Source: Bythopirellula sp.
GTDB taxonomy: Bacteria; Planctomycetota; Planctomycetia; Pirellulales; Lacipirellulaceae
DNA length: 64,000 nt
Reading direction: 5' to 3'
Assembly: GCA_965216565.1 (NCBI GenBank)
Contig: OZ244170.1
Location: forward strand, 96,001 to 160,000
Shown here: positions 1-8,992 of the stretch, piece by piece
Numbering within the stretch: the stretch's first letter is position 1
Layout: each line of letters opens with the position of its first letter
The notes under the pieces: generated by a model
Databases searched by the model: none
Told to the model about the DNA's origin: nothing
What the model saw: the letters and a program-made list of their open reading frames with translations, nothing else
Program-made: the position numbers and the translations under genes

Positions 1-164
1 CCCACTATCATGCCAGAACTGGGGGTGGAGAGGCAAGGGGGCAGAGGGCAGGGAAATGCCAAAAAAACAGGTGGATTGTTGCCAAATCACCCATGCCCAG
101 CGACCTACTGTCAAATTTGCGGTGAGGCCTGGGTCGATCTGCCCTTGGGGCAACTGAATGGCAT

Positions 165-443
165 CTAACGCTGGACGAACTTGCTAAAGCGGCTGAGGCT
201 ACCCTCGGCGGTGTGAACGTCGTAGATGAAGGCAAGTTTCGCCTCCTCAAACTTCCCAAAGAAGTCTTCCCACGAGATCTCATCCAGCTGGTCGCCGCTG
301 CCTTGGCCAGGGAAGAAAATTCGCAGCAGACCGACATCATCGCCTTCGGTGGTCGAGCTGACACTCGCTGGAACTCCACCGCGATCTTCAGTCCACAATC
401 GAATCACTTCATGATTAGTTGTTGTGTTGGCACTAGAACTCAT
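165..443 (-). CDS. Small acidic conserved hypothetical protein
   Basis: 92-aa ORF, RBS-like GAAAGGAA upstream; TTTNHEVIRLWTEDRGG..GLLRIFFPG..ISWEDFF..FE pattern looks like a widespread uncharacterised family. Confidence 0.75.
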   Translation of the reverse strand: MSSSANTTTNHEVIRLWTEDRGGVPASVSSTTEGDDVGLLRIFFPGQGSGDQLDEISWEDFFGKFEEAKLAFIYDVHTAEGSLSRFSKFVQR

Positions 444-758
444 AACCCGCTATTCCTTTCGTTGGGCTTTCAGTTGATTCAGTCGAGGGTTTTTAGAAGG
501 GTGCCCCGATTGGCGAAGCTGCAGCGTTTAGGGCTGCTTCGCAAGAAGTTCTTATTATTCTAGCAGATTTTCGCTAATTTGTCACGCCGACCGAAATGAG
601 CATGTGCTAGGGGAATAATCTTCATGAAGAATTGCGAAGATGTTATTTTTCCGAGAGAAGCCCGTCACTTGAGTGTGGGCGAGTGGCGATATCAAGATAA
701 ACGCGAATCTTTGGCTATAGCTCCTTGCACACTTCCGCAGCCTGCCGGCGACTGTCGT

Positions 759-2240
759 CTATTTCCTGCGCTTCTCGCGTTTACGACGCCTCAATTCACG
801 ATCGCGTTCTTTCTTAAGCTTTGCCTTTTCCTTCGGACTGAGTCGCTTGCCGGTATTTTGCTTTTTCTTCGTGAGCTGGCCATTGGGGTTGCTCATGGTG
901 GCCTGCATTTCGCGGACCATCTTCATCCGCTCACGCATCCCCTTGCCGGCCATGGCAGTCATCATTTGCGACATCGCATCGAACTGCTTCACCAGGTCGT
1001 TGACTTCGTGTGGCTCGACGCCCGAACCGGCGGCAATGCGGCGGCGGCGACTTTGGTCGATCACTTTGGTTGGATTGCGACGTTCGTCGGCAGTCATCGA
1101 GTCGATGATGCCGAATAAACGTTTCATGTCCTGCTCTGGATCCACATCGTCCAGGGCCTCGGTCATGTTGCTCATGCCTGGGATCATGCCCATCACTTTT
1201 TGCATGGGGCCGAGCTTTTTGATCTGGGAAAGCTGTTTCTTGAAGTCGTCGAGAGTAAACTCGCCCTTCCGCATCCGCTCTTCTTGGGCCTTCATCTCAT
1301 CTTCGTCGAACTCGCGCTGCGCTTTTTCCACCAGCGAGAGGATATCGCCCTGACCGAGAATTCGGCCTGCCATTCGGTCGGGATGGAACTCTTCGAGCGC
1401 GTCGAGGTGCTCGCCGGTGCCGACGAACTTAATCGGAACTCCGGTAACTTGCTTGACCGAAAGTGCGGCACCGCCGCGGGCATCACCGTCGAGCTTGGTC
1501 ATGATCACGCCATCAAGCTCAAGCGACTCGTTAAACGCCTTGGCACTGTTAACCGCGTCTTGACCGGTCATACCATCGACGACCAGGTAGACTTGCTGGG
1601 GGTTACATTTGCGATCGATATTCTCAAGCTGCTTCATCAACTCGTCGTCGACATGCAATCGGCCGGCAGTGTCCAGAATCAAGACATTGGCCCCGGCCTT
1701 CTTAGCTTCCTTGACGGCAGCATTGCATACCGTGACAGGGTTTTTTTCCTGACGATCTGAATAGACGGGAATATCAAGTTGCTCGCCCAACACGTGCAAC
1801 TGGTCGATAGCCGCGGGACGCTGCAAGTCCGCAGCGACAAACATTGGCTTGCGACCGTTCTCTTTCAGCATGCGTCCCAGCTTGCCACAGCTGGTGGTTT
1901 TTCCTGAGCCTTGCAATCCGCACATCATTAGCACGGTAACGTCGTTGGCACCCAGTAGGTGAAGTGAGTGGTCCACCGGACCCATCAGGTTGACCAACTC
2001 CTGATAAACGATGCCGACGACCTGCTCGCTAGGGTCAAGAGCTTTGAGCACTTTTTCGCCAACGGCTTGTTCTGTGACCCGACTCATGAATTCGCGGGTG
2101 ACGGCAAAGCTGACATCAGCTTCGAGCAGCGATTTTTCGACCAGCTTGAGGCCATCGCGCATGTTGGATTCGGAGAGCTTGCCCTTGCCCCGCAAGCCTT
2201 TCAGTGCGCCGGTTAGACCATCTTGGAGAGATTCGAACAT
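759..2240 (-). CDS. ffh: Signal recognition particle protein
   Basis: [10 protein letters not shown]-loop, [19 protein letters not shown], Met-rich M domain ([17 protein letters not shown]), basic C-terminal tail. Confidence 0.98.
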   Translation of the reverse strand: MFESLQDGLTGALKGLRGKGKLSESNMRDGLKLVEKSLLEADVSFAVTREFMSRVTEQAVGEKVLKALDPSEQVVGIVYQELVNLMGPVDHSLHLLGANDVTVLMMCGLQGSGKTTSCGKLGRMLKENGRKPMFVAADLQRPAAIDQLHVLGEQLDIPVYSDRQEKNPVTVCNAAVKEAKKAGANVLILDTAGRLHVDDELMKQLENIDRKCNPQQVYLVVDGMTGQDAVNSAKAFNESLELDGVIMTKLDGDARGGAALSVKQVTGVPIKFVGTGEHLDALEEFHPDRMAGRILGQGDILSLVEKAQREFDEDEMKAQEERMRKGEFTLDDFKKQLSQIKKLGPMQKVMGMIPGMSNMTEALDDVDPEQDMKRLFGIIDSMTADERRNPTKVIDQSRRRRIAAGSGVEPHEVNDLVKQFDAMSQMMTAMAGKGMRERMKMVREMQATMSNPNGQLTKKKQNTGKRLSPKEKAKLKKERDRELRRRKREKRRK

Positions 2241-2439
2241 AGGTTTTGTTTGCGGTTTTGAGCGACAGTTTATGCGAAGACCGTAGTTTACCGGAGCCAG
2301 GGAGTTTTGGCCAATGCGTCAGGTAGGGAGAGAATATGGGGCGAAGGGCTAGGGAATCGCACTTTGAGCGTGGCTGCAAACTCGGTAATATTTCTTGCTG
2401 AGTGGAGTCGCAAATAGCCAATGATCAACTGGGTGACAT

Positions 2440-2694
2440 ATGAGCGACAAAGGCCAACATCTTGATCTCTCCAGTGGCGATGGTTCTCGTCGCAATTCAG
2501 CCCACACGGACCACGATAAAGCGGCAGGTGGGAAATTCATCGGCGTACATTTTGAGTGCTGCGATATCTATCGACGTATCTACCCCAATCGCGAGGGAAC
2601 CGCTTATGCCGGCAATTGCCCCCGCTGCGGTCGCAAGGTGCAGTTTTTGATTGGCTCGGAGGGCACGAATGCCCGATTCTTTCGGGCTCAGTAA
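2440..2694 (+). CDS. Small putative zinc-binding hypothetical protein
   Basis: 84 aa; HFECC..Y.RIY and CPRCG motifs; divergent from ffh. Confidence 0.75.
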   Translation: MSDKGQHLDLSSGDGSRRNSAHTDHDKAAGGKFIGVHFECCDIYRRIYPNREGTAYAGNCPRCGRKVQFLIGSEGTNARFFRAQ

Positions 2695-2831
2695 GGGTGG
2701 CTGCCTCGCAGGCGGTAGCCTGAGTCAGGCGGCTGCTAGCATTCACCACCGCGTGTCTTGCTGCTGATGGAGCATTTCGCTATTCTTGGCCGACTTTTTT
2801 TGAGAATTCTCGTCCTAGAAAGCGGCTAGCC

Positions 2832-3347
2832 ATGTTACTCGATTTTGAGTTGCGCAGTTGTAGCCGCCATTGCGCGAAAACAGAGCGCGAGCTGCAACCG
2901 GGTGACTCTTACTTCTCAGTACTTACCGAAGTTGGCGATGAATTGGTGCGGGCTGATTACAGTTCAGAAGCATGGGAAGGCGAGCCGGAAGATTGCGTAG
3001 GTTGGTGGCGCTCGCGCATTCCCACCGCTGGCGATAGCAAACCTAAGCTGGCGCCAACCGAGGTGATGCTTAGTTTGTTTGCGACACTTGCCGAGCGAAC
3101 CGAAGACGAGGCGTTCCGTTACCTGCTTGGGCTACTGTTACTCCGAAAGCGGATCTTGCGTCGCGACGATGCCTACTGCAACGAGGAAGGCCACGAGGTG
3201 CTAACGCTATTTTGTCCGCGTAAGAATGAGAATTGTGAGCTGATTGTTACACCGCTAGAGACGGAAGAGATTGAACCGCTGCAGCAACGGATGGCTGAGC
3301 TGTTGTATAGCGACGCTGAAACCGAGACCAAGGCGGTGGCGAGCTAA
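2832..3347 (+). CDS. Conserved hypothetical protein
   Basis: 171 aa, ATG start; RYLLGLLLLRKRIL helix; co-oriented with neighbours. Confidence 0.8.
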   Translation: MLLDFELRSCSRHCAKTERELQPGDSYFSVLTEVGDELVRADYSSEAWEGEPEDCVGWWRSRIPTAGDSKPKLAPTEVMLSLFATLAERTEDEAFRYLLGLLLLRKRILRRDDAYCNEEGHEVLTLFCPRKNENCELIVTPLETEEIEPLQQRMAELLYSDAETETKAVAS

Positions 3348-3361
3348 GGCTAGTCTCACCA

Positions 3362-4519
3362 GTGAATCTTGACAAACGAATGATGAAGAACGCTCCACCA
3401 ACCCGAAGACTCACCACGGCAACACTCAATGTGTTGTTGCTGCTGGTGGTGTTTTGTGGTTCGGGGGCAACTTGTTCCAGATCATTTCGCAATCCCTTCG
3501 CCGCCCAATTAGGCCCGCCCGCTCCAGAGGTGCTGCTTACAGGATCGTCGTTAGACCAGGTGATTGCTGCGGTGAATCAAAACTCCTCCCGAATCGTCAG
3601 CTACCAGTCGAACGATGCATCGATCACTATTCCAGGCATTCCGGGCATACCTTTGCTGCGGGGAAATATTGCGGCTCAGCGTCCCGGGCGTGTTCGGATG
3701 CGTGCCAGCACGGCGATTACCGGCGAAGAAATGGATTTGGGTAGCAACGACGAATTGTTTTGGTTTTGGGTAAAACGAAACGAACCGCCGGCATTGTACT
3801 TCTCACGCCACGATCAATTTGTAGGTAGCGCGGCCCAACAGCTGATGCCAGTCGAGCCGCAGTGGTTGCTCGATGCATTGGGCATGATGCAGTTTTCGCC
3901 GACCGATCATCACGAGGGACCCGTCCCACACAGCAATGGCACGATTGAGATTCGCTCAGTGGTGCAATCTCGTGGTGGCACGATGACAAAGAATACAGTG
4001 GTTGATGCCCGTCGGGCGTGGGTGTTGGAGCAGCACATCTACGCTCCCACGGGTGCGCTGTTGGCGAGCGCGATCGCTCGTTCGCACCGCTACTATCCGG
4101 AGATTGGGGCATCATTGCCACAGGAAATTGATCTGCGATTGCCGGCAATGCAGATGTCGCTCACTATCGACGTAGGTACCGTCGCTATCAATCAGCTCGG
4201 CGCAAGCCCTCAATTGTGGAGTTTGCCAGCGATGAGCGGAGTGCAGCAAATCGACTTGGGTTCCGCACCACCCGGCGGCGTAGCTCCTATCAGTACGGCG
4301 GCTAGCAAAGATCGCTCGACCTGGGCGTCGCCCGACTTTGTGGGGCTTGCCCCGCAGGTGGATCCATTCGCTTCTCAGATTGCGGTAACACCGCAGCAGC
4401 AAGATCCCCCGCTAATTCAGCGTCGGGTAACGCCGCCGCCTGTTCCAGCATCCAGTTCTCAACCAATTGCCCAAGGTCTGCCGCCTGGTGGAATACCGGC
4501 TAGCACCTATTCCCGGTAG
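3362..4519 (+). CDS. Exported/lipoprotein-like hypothetical protein with Pro-rich C-terminus
   Basis: Hydrophobic N-terminus followed by Cys (FCGSGATC); GSNDELFWFW motif; exact start uncertain. Confidence 0.75.
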   Translation: MNLDKRMMKNAPPTRRLTTATLNVLLLLVVFCGSGATCSRSFRNPFAAQLGPPAPEVLLTGSSLDQVIAAVNQNSSRIVSYQSNDASITIPGIPGIPLLRGNIAAQRPGRVRMRASTAITGEEMDLGSNDELFWFWVKRNEPPALYFSRHDQFVGSAAQQLMPVEPQWLLDALGMMQFSPTDHHEGPVPHSNGTIEIRSVVQSRGGTMTKNTVVDARRAWVLEQHIYAPTGALLASAIARSHRYYPEIGASLPQEIDLRLPAMQMSLTIDVGTVAINQLGASPQLWSLPAMSGVQQIDLGSAPPGGVAPISTAASKDRSTWASPDFVGLAPQVDPFASQIAVTPQQQDPPLIQRRVTPPPVPASSSQPIAQGLPPGGIPASTYSR

Positions 4520-5068
4520 TCAGCGGCTCCAGATACCGCGTCGGGCAGCTTGGGCGTCATTCTCGGCTCGTCGCAGACGCTGCTTCTTGGCTTCGCCATA
4601 GTCGTAACCCAATTTGGCCTTCGCGAGCCCTTCGCGTACTAACTCTTCGTTGAGCAGGCGGGCACCGTGCCAAACAAATACCAACTTGCGGCCATATTGA
4701 TCACTTGATTCGCCGTCAATTTCGATGCGGACCTTTCCGCCTGCATCCTGGACAAACCGTTTGGTGTACTGGGTTGCCTCGGGTCCCCAAGCTTCAACGG
4801 GGGTATTATCTTTAACCGTCTCTGGGGTATCGATCCCTTGTAACCGGGCTCTCGTGCGTTCGTGTTCGAGAAGTAGGGTATCACCATCGACTACGCGAAG
4901 CACACGGTACGTCTTGGCTTGGAAGTCGCTTTGCGCTTGCCAGTCGGAATCGAAAGTCGGCGGTTCGAATGCCTCACGTTCTTGCCAGGCACGATAAGCG
5001 ATTGTGATCGCCACAATGATGGCAAACACAACTCGAGTCCACGATCGGTATTGAACGCGTCGGGGCAT
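4520..5068 (-). CDS. Thermonuclease (staphylococcal nuclease-like), membrane-anchored
   Basis: N-terminal TM; VVDGDT, RLQGIDTPE, DQYGR, LNEELVREGLA, RRGIWS motifs. Confidence 0.92.
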   Translation of the reverse strand: MPRRVQYRSWTRVVFAIIVAITIAYRAWQEREAFEPPTFDSDWQAQSDFQAKTYRVLRVVDGDTLLLEHERTRARLQGIDTPETVKDNTPVEAWGPEATQYTKRFVQDAGGKVRIEIDGESSDQYGRKLVFVWHGARLLNEELVREGLAKAKLGYDYGEAKKQRLRRAENDAQAARRGIWSR

Positions 5069-5094
5069 AGAGAAGAACTGAGGCCTTGATGAAT

Positions 5095-5400
5095 TCAGTT
5101 CTGACTAAAGTCAAGGTGAGGAGCCGACGAGCGGGCAAGCGGATTTTGAACGTAACGCTTGCGGCATTCGCCACACAAATCGAAACGGCGATGATGGTAG
5201 ACATCGTCGCAAATCTGCGGGTCCTCGGCATCGTCTAACCGTTCAAGAATATCTTGGATCTCTTGGAGGTGATCGCGGTCGTCGTTGAGTTCTTCTTCAG
5301 CGGGATCGAGCGACGCATACACTTCTAACCGTACGACGTATCGAAGTTCACTTTCTGGATCGATGGAACGTTTACAAGAATCGCACGTGTAGTGAATCAT
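5095..5400 (-). CDS. Small zinc-ribbon protein with acidic insert
   Basis: CDSC ... CGEC pairs; AGGAG RBS before ATG at 5400 (the ORF-track start at 5472 is probably too long). Confidence 0.8.
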   Translation of the reverse strand: MIHYTCDSCKRSIDPESELRYVVRLEVYASLDPAEEELNDDRDHLQEIQDILERLDDAEDPQICDDVYHHRRFDLCGECRKRYVQNPLARSSAPHLDFSQN

Positions 5401-5792
5401 TACGACAACTCCTAAGACCATCAAAAAAACAGCATACTGATGATATGAATTCCCTCCACACCATTTCTTCATCCTAGCGACAAACGATAACCAGGGGCAA
5501 GAGAAACTTTATTGAGATTTCTTTCGTTTAGAATCGCAGAAAAAAACAAAGTAGACGCAAGCAAACGGTATGCCCACGGACGCAAAAAGCCAGTCTTCAA
5601 CTCTTCGCAAACTTTTCGAAACATTGATGGAGTAGTTACGCCTCGTAAAATGCGTAAAGTTCGAAGTGTCTGGCTGAAGAAATGCCTAAATATGCAGATA
5701 TCCCGCTAATTCTTGCTAAAACCGAACGTTTAGGATTTCATTGAATGCTTTGCTGCGCGAATTCTTAGCTGGTTTTGTCTTCCACTCGGAGA

Positions 5793-5798
5793 TAGAAT
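5793..5798 (+). promoter_or_regulatory. Putative sigma70 -10 element
   Basis: TAGAAT just upstream of the first stem of the structured leader; no clear -35. Confidence 0.35.
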
Positions 5799-5805
5799 GA
5801 AGGTA

Positions 5806-6066
5806 GTCGCCGAGCAGGCAACAGAAGGAGTGGTGTTTTCACCCGCTCTGGTGAAAATGCCAATGCTCCGAGACTCGGTCGGCAGGTACGCATTGCCGTT
5901 ACCCGCCAGGCAATGTCTGAGATCCAAGTTGAATTTTTCCGTGCTCAGTTCGTATGATCACAAAGCACGGGAAAGCGTCTTGGTCTACAGACGCGTCTAG
6001 GGTAACCCTTGCAATGCGTCCTTTGGTTTGTGCCTATTGGATTTGGCAACCATGCATTTGGGACTC
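5806..6066 (+). ncRNA. Candidate structured RNA / 5' leader upstream of HNH gene
   Basis: Series of nested stems with G-U pairs favouring the + strand: 5806-5814/5874-5883, 5827-5869, 5891-5915, 5919-5927/6058-6066, 5935-5974, 5975-5994, 6014-6057. Confidence 0.5.
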
Positions 6067-6081
6067 GAGGGGACTCACTAG

Positions 6082-6714
6082 ATGTCAGCCGCAACTTCCA
6101 CTGCGTTAAACTCAAGCGTTTTAGTCTTAAACCGTCAATATATGGCGGTACATGTGGTCGGTGTTCGCCGTGCCTTTGGCTTGCTAATCAACCAAATGGC
6201 TGAAGTGATTCACATCGAAGATGGCCAATACGGCAACTATGATTTCAACTCATGGCGAGAAGTAAGTGAGTTGAAGGCCGAGTTCAAACAGCCCAGCGAT
6301 GACTGGATTCGCAGCGTAAACTTCGAAGTTTGCGTGCCACGTGTGCTGCGGTTGCTCTATTACGATCGTCTACCCAAGCAGCGAGTTCGTCTCAACCGGC
6401 GAAACATCTTTGCTCGCGATACGAATATGTGCCAATACTGCGGAAAGAAGTTCTCCACAAGCGAATTAAGTTTGGATCACGTGATGCCCACTTGCCGGGG
6501 CGGTGGAACCAGTTGGGAAAACTTGGTCTGTGCCTGCGTAAAGTGCAACGTACGCAAGGGTGGCAGAACGCCAAAAGAAGCAGGCATGAAGCTTATCAAG
6601 AAACCGATTCGGCCAAAGCGCAGTCCGATGCTCACAGTAAAACTTGGTAACCCCAAGTACGCGAGCTGGAAAACGTTTCTCGACTCGGCTTACTGGTCGG
6701 TTGATCTAAAGTAG
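6082..6714 (+). CDS. HNH endonuclease (COG1403/McrA-like)
   Basis: RRNIFARD..CQYCG..LSLDHVMP..GG..WENLVCACVKCNVRKG; RBS GAGGGG at 6067-6072. Confidence 0.93.
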   Translation: MSAATSTALNSSVLVLNRQYMAVHVVGVRRAFGLLINQMAEVIHIEDGQYGNYDFNSWREVSELKAEFKQPSDDWIRSVNFEVCVPRVLRLLYYDRLPKQRVRLNRRNIFARDTNMCQYCGKKFSTSELSLDHVMPTCRGGGTSWENLVCACVKCNVRKGGRTPKEAGMKLIKKPIRPKRSPMLTVKLGNPKYASWKTFLDSAYWSVDLK

Positions 6715-6781
6715 CGAGTTTCGAGTTGTGAGATACAAGTTCTTAGACTCGCAACTCACAACCCGTTGTTCGCAACTCGTA
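6715..6781. repeat. Inverted heptamer array forming an imperfect hairpin between convergent genes
   Basis: CGAGTTT/CGAGTTG/TGAGATA facing ACTCGCA/ACTCACA/ACTCGTA; probable bidirectional terminator. Confidence 0.6.
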
Positions 6782-7060
6782 TCATGAATCGGCCAAAGGC
6801 TCTTTGCGTTCGGTGATCACCGGCAACTGGGGAGACATCTCGGCATTGAGTGCCGTGAAATCTGTCCACTCTTCGGGGACATTGTCTTCGTGGAAAATTG
6901 CTTCCACGGGACATTCAGGAACGCAGGCTTCGCAGTCGATGCATTCGTCAGGGTGGATGTATAGGATTTGTTCGCCTTCGTAGAAGCACTCCACGGGGCA
7001 AACAACCACGCAATCGGTGTACTTGCATCCGAAGCAAGGTTCACAAACGACGTGCGTCAT
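6782..7060 (-). CDS. fdxA: Ferredoxin, FdxA (7Fe/8Fe) type
   Basis: [21 protein letters not shown] and [20 protein letters not shown]. Confidence 0.93.
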   Translation of the reverse strand: MTHVVCEPCFGCKYTDCVVVCPVECFYEGEQILYIHPDECIDCEACVPECPVEAIFHEDNVPEEWTDFTALNAEMSPQLPVITERKEPLADS

Positions 7061-7637
7061 ATTTCTGCGTCTCCTTCTTTCAAGGCAATTCCGACGCGTG
7101 GAGAGTCCAGCGCGACTGAGCTTTGCCTAACTGCGGCATGAATCAATGGTTGGATGATACCTGTATCGGTTCGCCAGAAGCAAGTATTTACCCAGAAAAG
7201 ACATTCGACCCTCTGGATGCTTCAGCACGGTATTTTGTATACGCCTCGGGGGTTGCCTATGTCAAGCAGATTCGATTGCGGAAAATCTAACGATTATGGA
7301 TTAAGCCATCGTGCCCGTGAGGGCCGAGAATGGCCCGCTACGCAGGCTAGATTCATTTTTTGGACCGAAAGCGTAATATTCCGAATCGGTCACCGAATAC
7401 AGGGCCTAGAAATGCTTGCTCGCCTTGCTCCGGCCGTAACGGCTATTTAGAATTAAGGAGTGGATAGAAATGTTGGAAAACTCTGTGAGCAAAAGGGATA
7501 GAGCGCTCGTAGTAGGTATGATGCGGACTTCCCTAGGCTCGTTGCCTCAGCCGTAATTGGTTCAGGAAGAAGCATCAGCACGCTGCCAAGGGGCAGCGAT
7601 CGAATGAATCCACCAACTTCTGCCGAGGCAGCATAAA

Positions 7638-8204
7638 GTGGCGCTATCTGATATCGACCGAACTTTGCTCGAGCGTTGTCTTGAGCGAAAGCCCAGAGCG
7701 TGGGAAGACTTTGTCGATCGCTTTATGGGCTTGGTGATGCACGTTGTGAATCATACCGCTCAAAGCCGGTCTATTCTGCTCTCTCCCTCGGATCGCGAAG
7801 ATCTGGCAGCCGAGGTGATGCTAACTATCATTTCCGATGATATGGCTGTGCTTCGTCGGTTCCGCGGCAACAGCAGCTTGGCTACCTACCTGACGGTGAT
7901 CTCTCGCCGGGTGGTGGTTCGCAAAATGCTGCAAAGCCGATCGGCAACGCCTCTGGGAGCGGTGGCTCCAACTGCTTTGGCCGAAAACTCGGGTCACGAG
8001 CAACGCATTACGAATCGCGAAGAAGTCGAGCGGTTGCTCAACCAACTCGAAGGCGACGAAGCGCAGGTCGTGCGACTATTCCATCTAGAAGGTAAGACAT
8101 ACCAAGAGATTAGCCGCACTGTGGGAATGCCCACCAATAGCGTTGGGCCAATGCTGAGCCGACTTCGATCGCGGCTCCGCGATGCCAATCAACCGAATGC
8201 TTAG
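7638..8204 (+). CDS. ECF RNA polymerase sigma factor
   Basis: Region 2 (AWEDFVDRF..DREDL..FRGNSSLATYL) and region 4 (HLEGKTYQEIS..NSVGPMLSR). Confidence 0.9.
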   Translation: MALSDIDRTLLERCLERKPRAWEDFVDRFMGLVMHVVNHTAQSRSILLSPSDREDLAAEVMLTIISDDMAVLRRFRGNSSLATYLTVISRRVVVRKMLQSRSATPLGAVAPTALAENSGHEQRITNREEVERLLNQLEGDEAQVVRLFHLEGKTYQEISRTVGMPTNSVGPMLSRLRSRLRDANQPNA

Positions 8205-8213
8205 TCATTGCAA

Positions 8214-8777
8214 TTAATACCCAGGCCCGCGTAGATCGATTTCTCCCTCTGGCCAGTGGCCTTTGCTGGGATAGCGCATGGCAACTGCGTCTTTAAAGGG
8301 CGATGTCTCCTCGCCCGCTCCTAGTGAATTGACGATCGGGTTGATGATCTCGCAGCATCCGAGGCGTTCGTAGAAAGGTTGTACTTCGCGGCTAGTTTGG
8401 AAGAGTGAGAATGGAAAAGCACCGGCATCAACAAGGTCGAATACAGGTCTCACAACCATCGGCCCCAGTCCCATCCCGCGAGAATCGGGATCGGTACATA
8501 CTCGTGCCAGGCCGGCAATCGTCATTTCTCCTGCCGAGGTGCTCACGGTGCGAGTCACAAAAGCCGCATGAGCAATCGCCGCCTCATCCTGCCAGACAAC
8601 GAATGCGCGCGGCCGCTGCTCCGTGGGACCCTTGTAGTCGCAAATCATCTCGAGGCCTCGTTCCTGACGCATGGAAACCGTCACATCCGGTTTAGGCCAG
8701 ACTTTCACAATCAGCTTGGCAATGGCCAGGGCTTTCGCCTCAGTCAGAGTTCGAGCGTCGAGGACTTCTACTTGCAT
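8214..8777 (-). CDS. GNAT family N-acetyltransferase
   Basis: VCTDPDSRGMGLG acetyl-CoA motif, FYERLG; start could extend to 8804. Confidence 0.85.
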   Translation of the reverse strand: MQVEVLDARTLTEAKALAIAKLIVKVWPKPDVTVSMRQERGLEMICDYKGPTEQRPRAFVVWQDEAAIAHAAFVTRTVSTSAGEMTIAGLARVCTDPDSRGMGLGPMVVRPVFDLVDAGAFPFSLFQTSREVQPFYERLGCCEIINPIVNSLGAGEETSPFKDAVAMRYPSKGHWPEGEIDLRGPGY

Positions 8778-8992
8778 AACAGCAATCCAATTGTATGGAG
8801 TCAAACACTTTGAAGGCGTAAATCAATCCATTAGAAACGGGGGATTCTGGAAGGTTCATGGTGCCTTCCCAAAATCGGTCCTAGTGGTTCGGATTCCCAC
8901 AGCATGGCACGGAGTTGCATAATTGCTAGGATGGTTATGCTGATCCAAGAATCCCAATCTAACGGCGGTAGCCCCCTCTGGAGTATTTAGAC

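Noticed and set aside
624..2286. Plus-strand ORFs overlapping ffh, and similar antisense ORFs over pilB, pilC, leuB and the GH57 gene
   Set aside because: Shadow frames of strongly supported genes, with no motifs
5555..5600. GCAAAC...GGACGCAAAAAGCC resembling a c-di-GMP-I riboswitch
   Set aside because: No GNRA-capped P2 stem or P3 pairing; probably chance
5797..6000. 67-aa ORF across the structured region
   Set aside because: No recognisable motif or clear RBS; dense base-pairing fits RNA structure better, though a leader peptide cannot be excluded
7510..7600. CAGGAAGAAGCA hairpin region as SRP RNA, given nearby ffh
   Set aside because: Lacks the CAGG-NCC-GNRA-GG-AGCA helix 8 geometry
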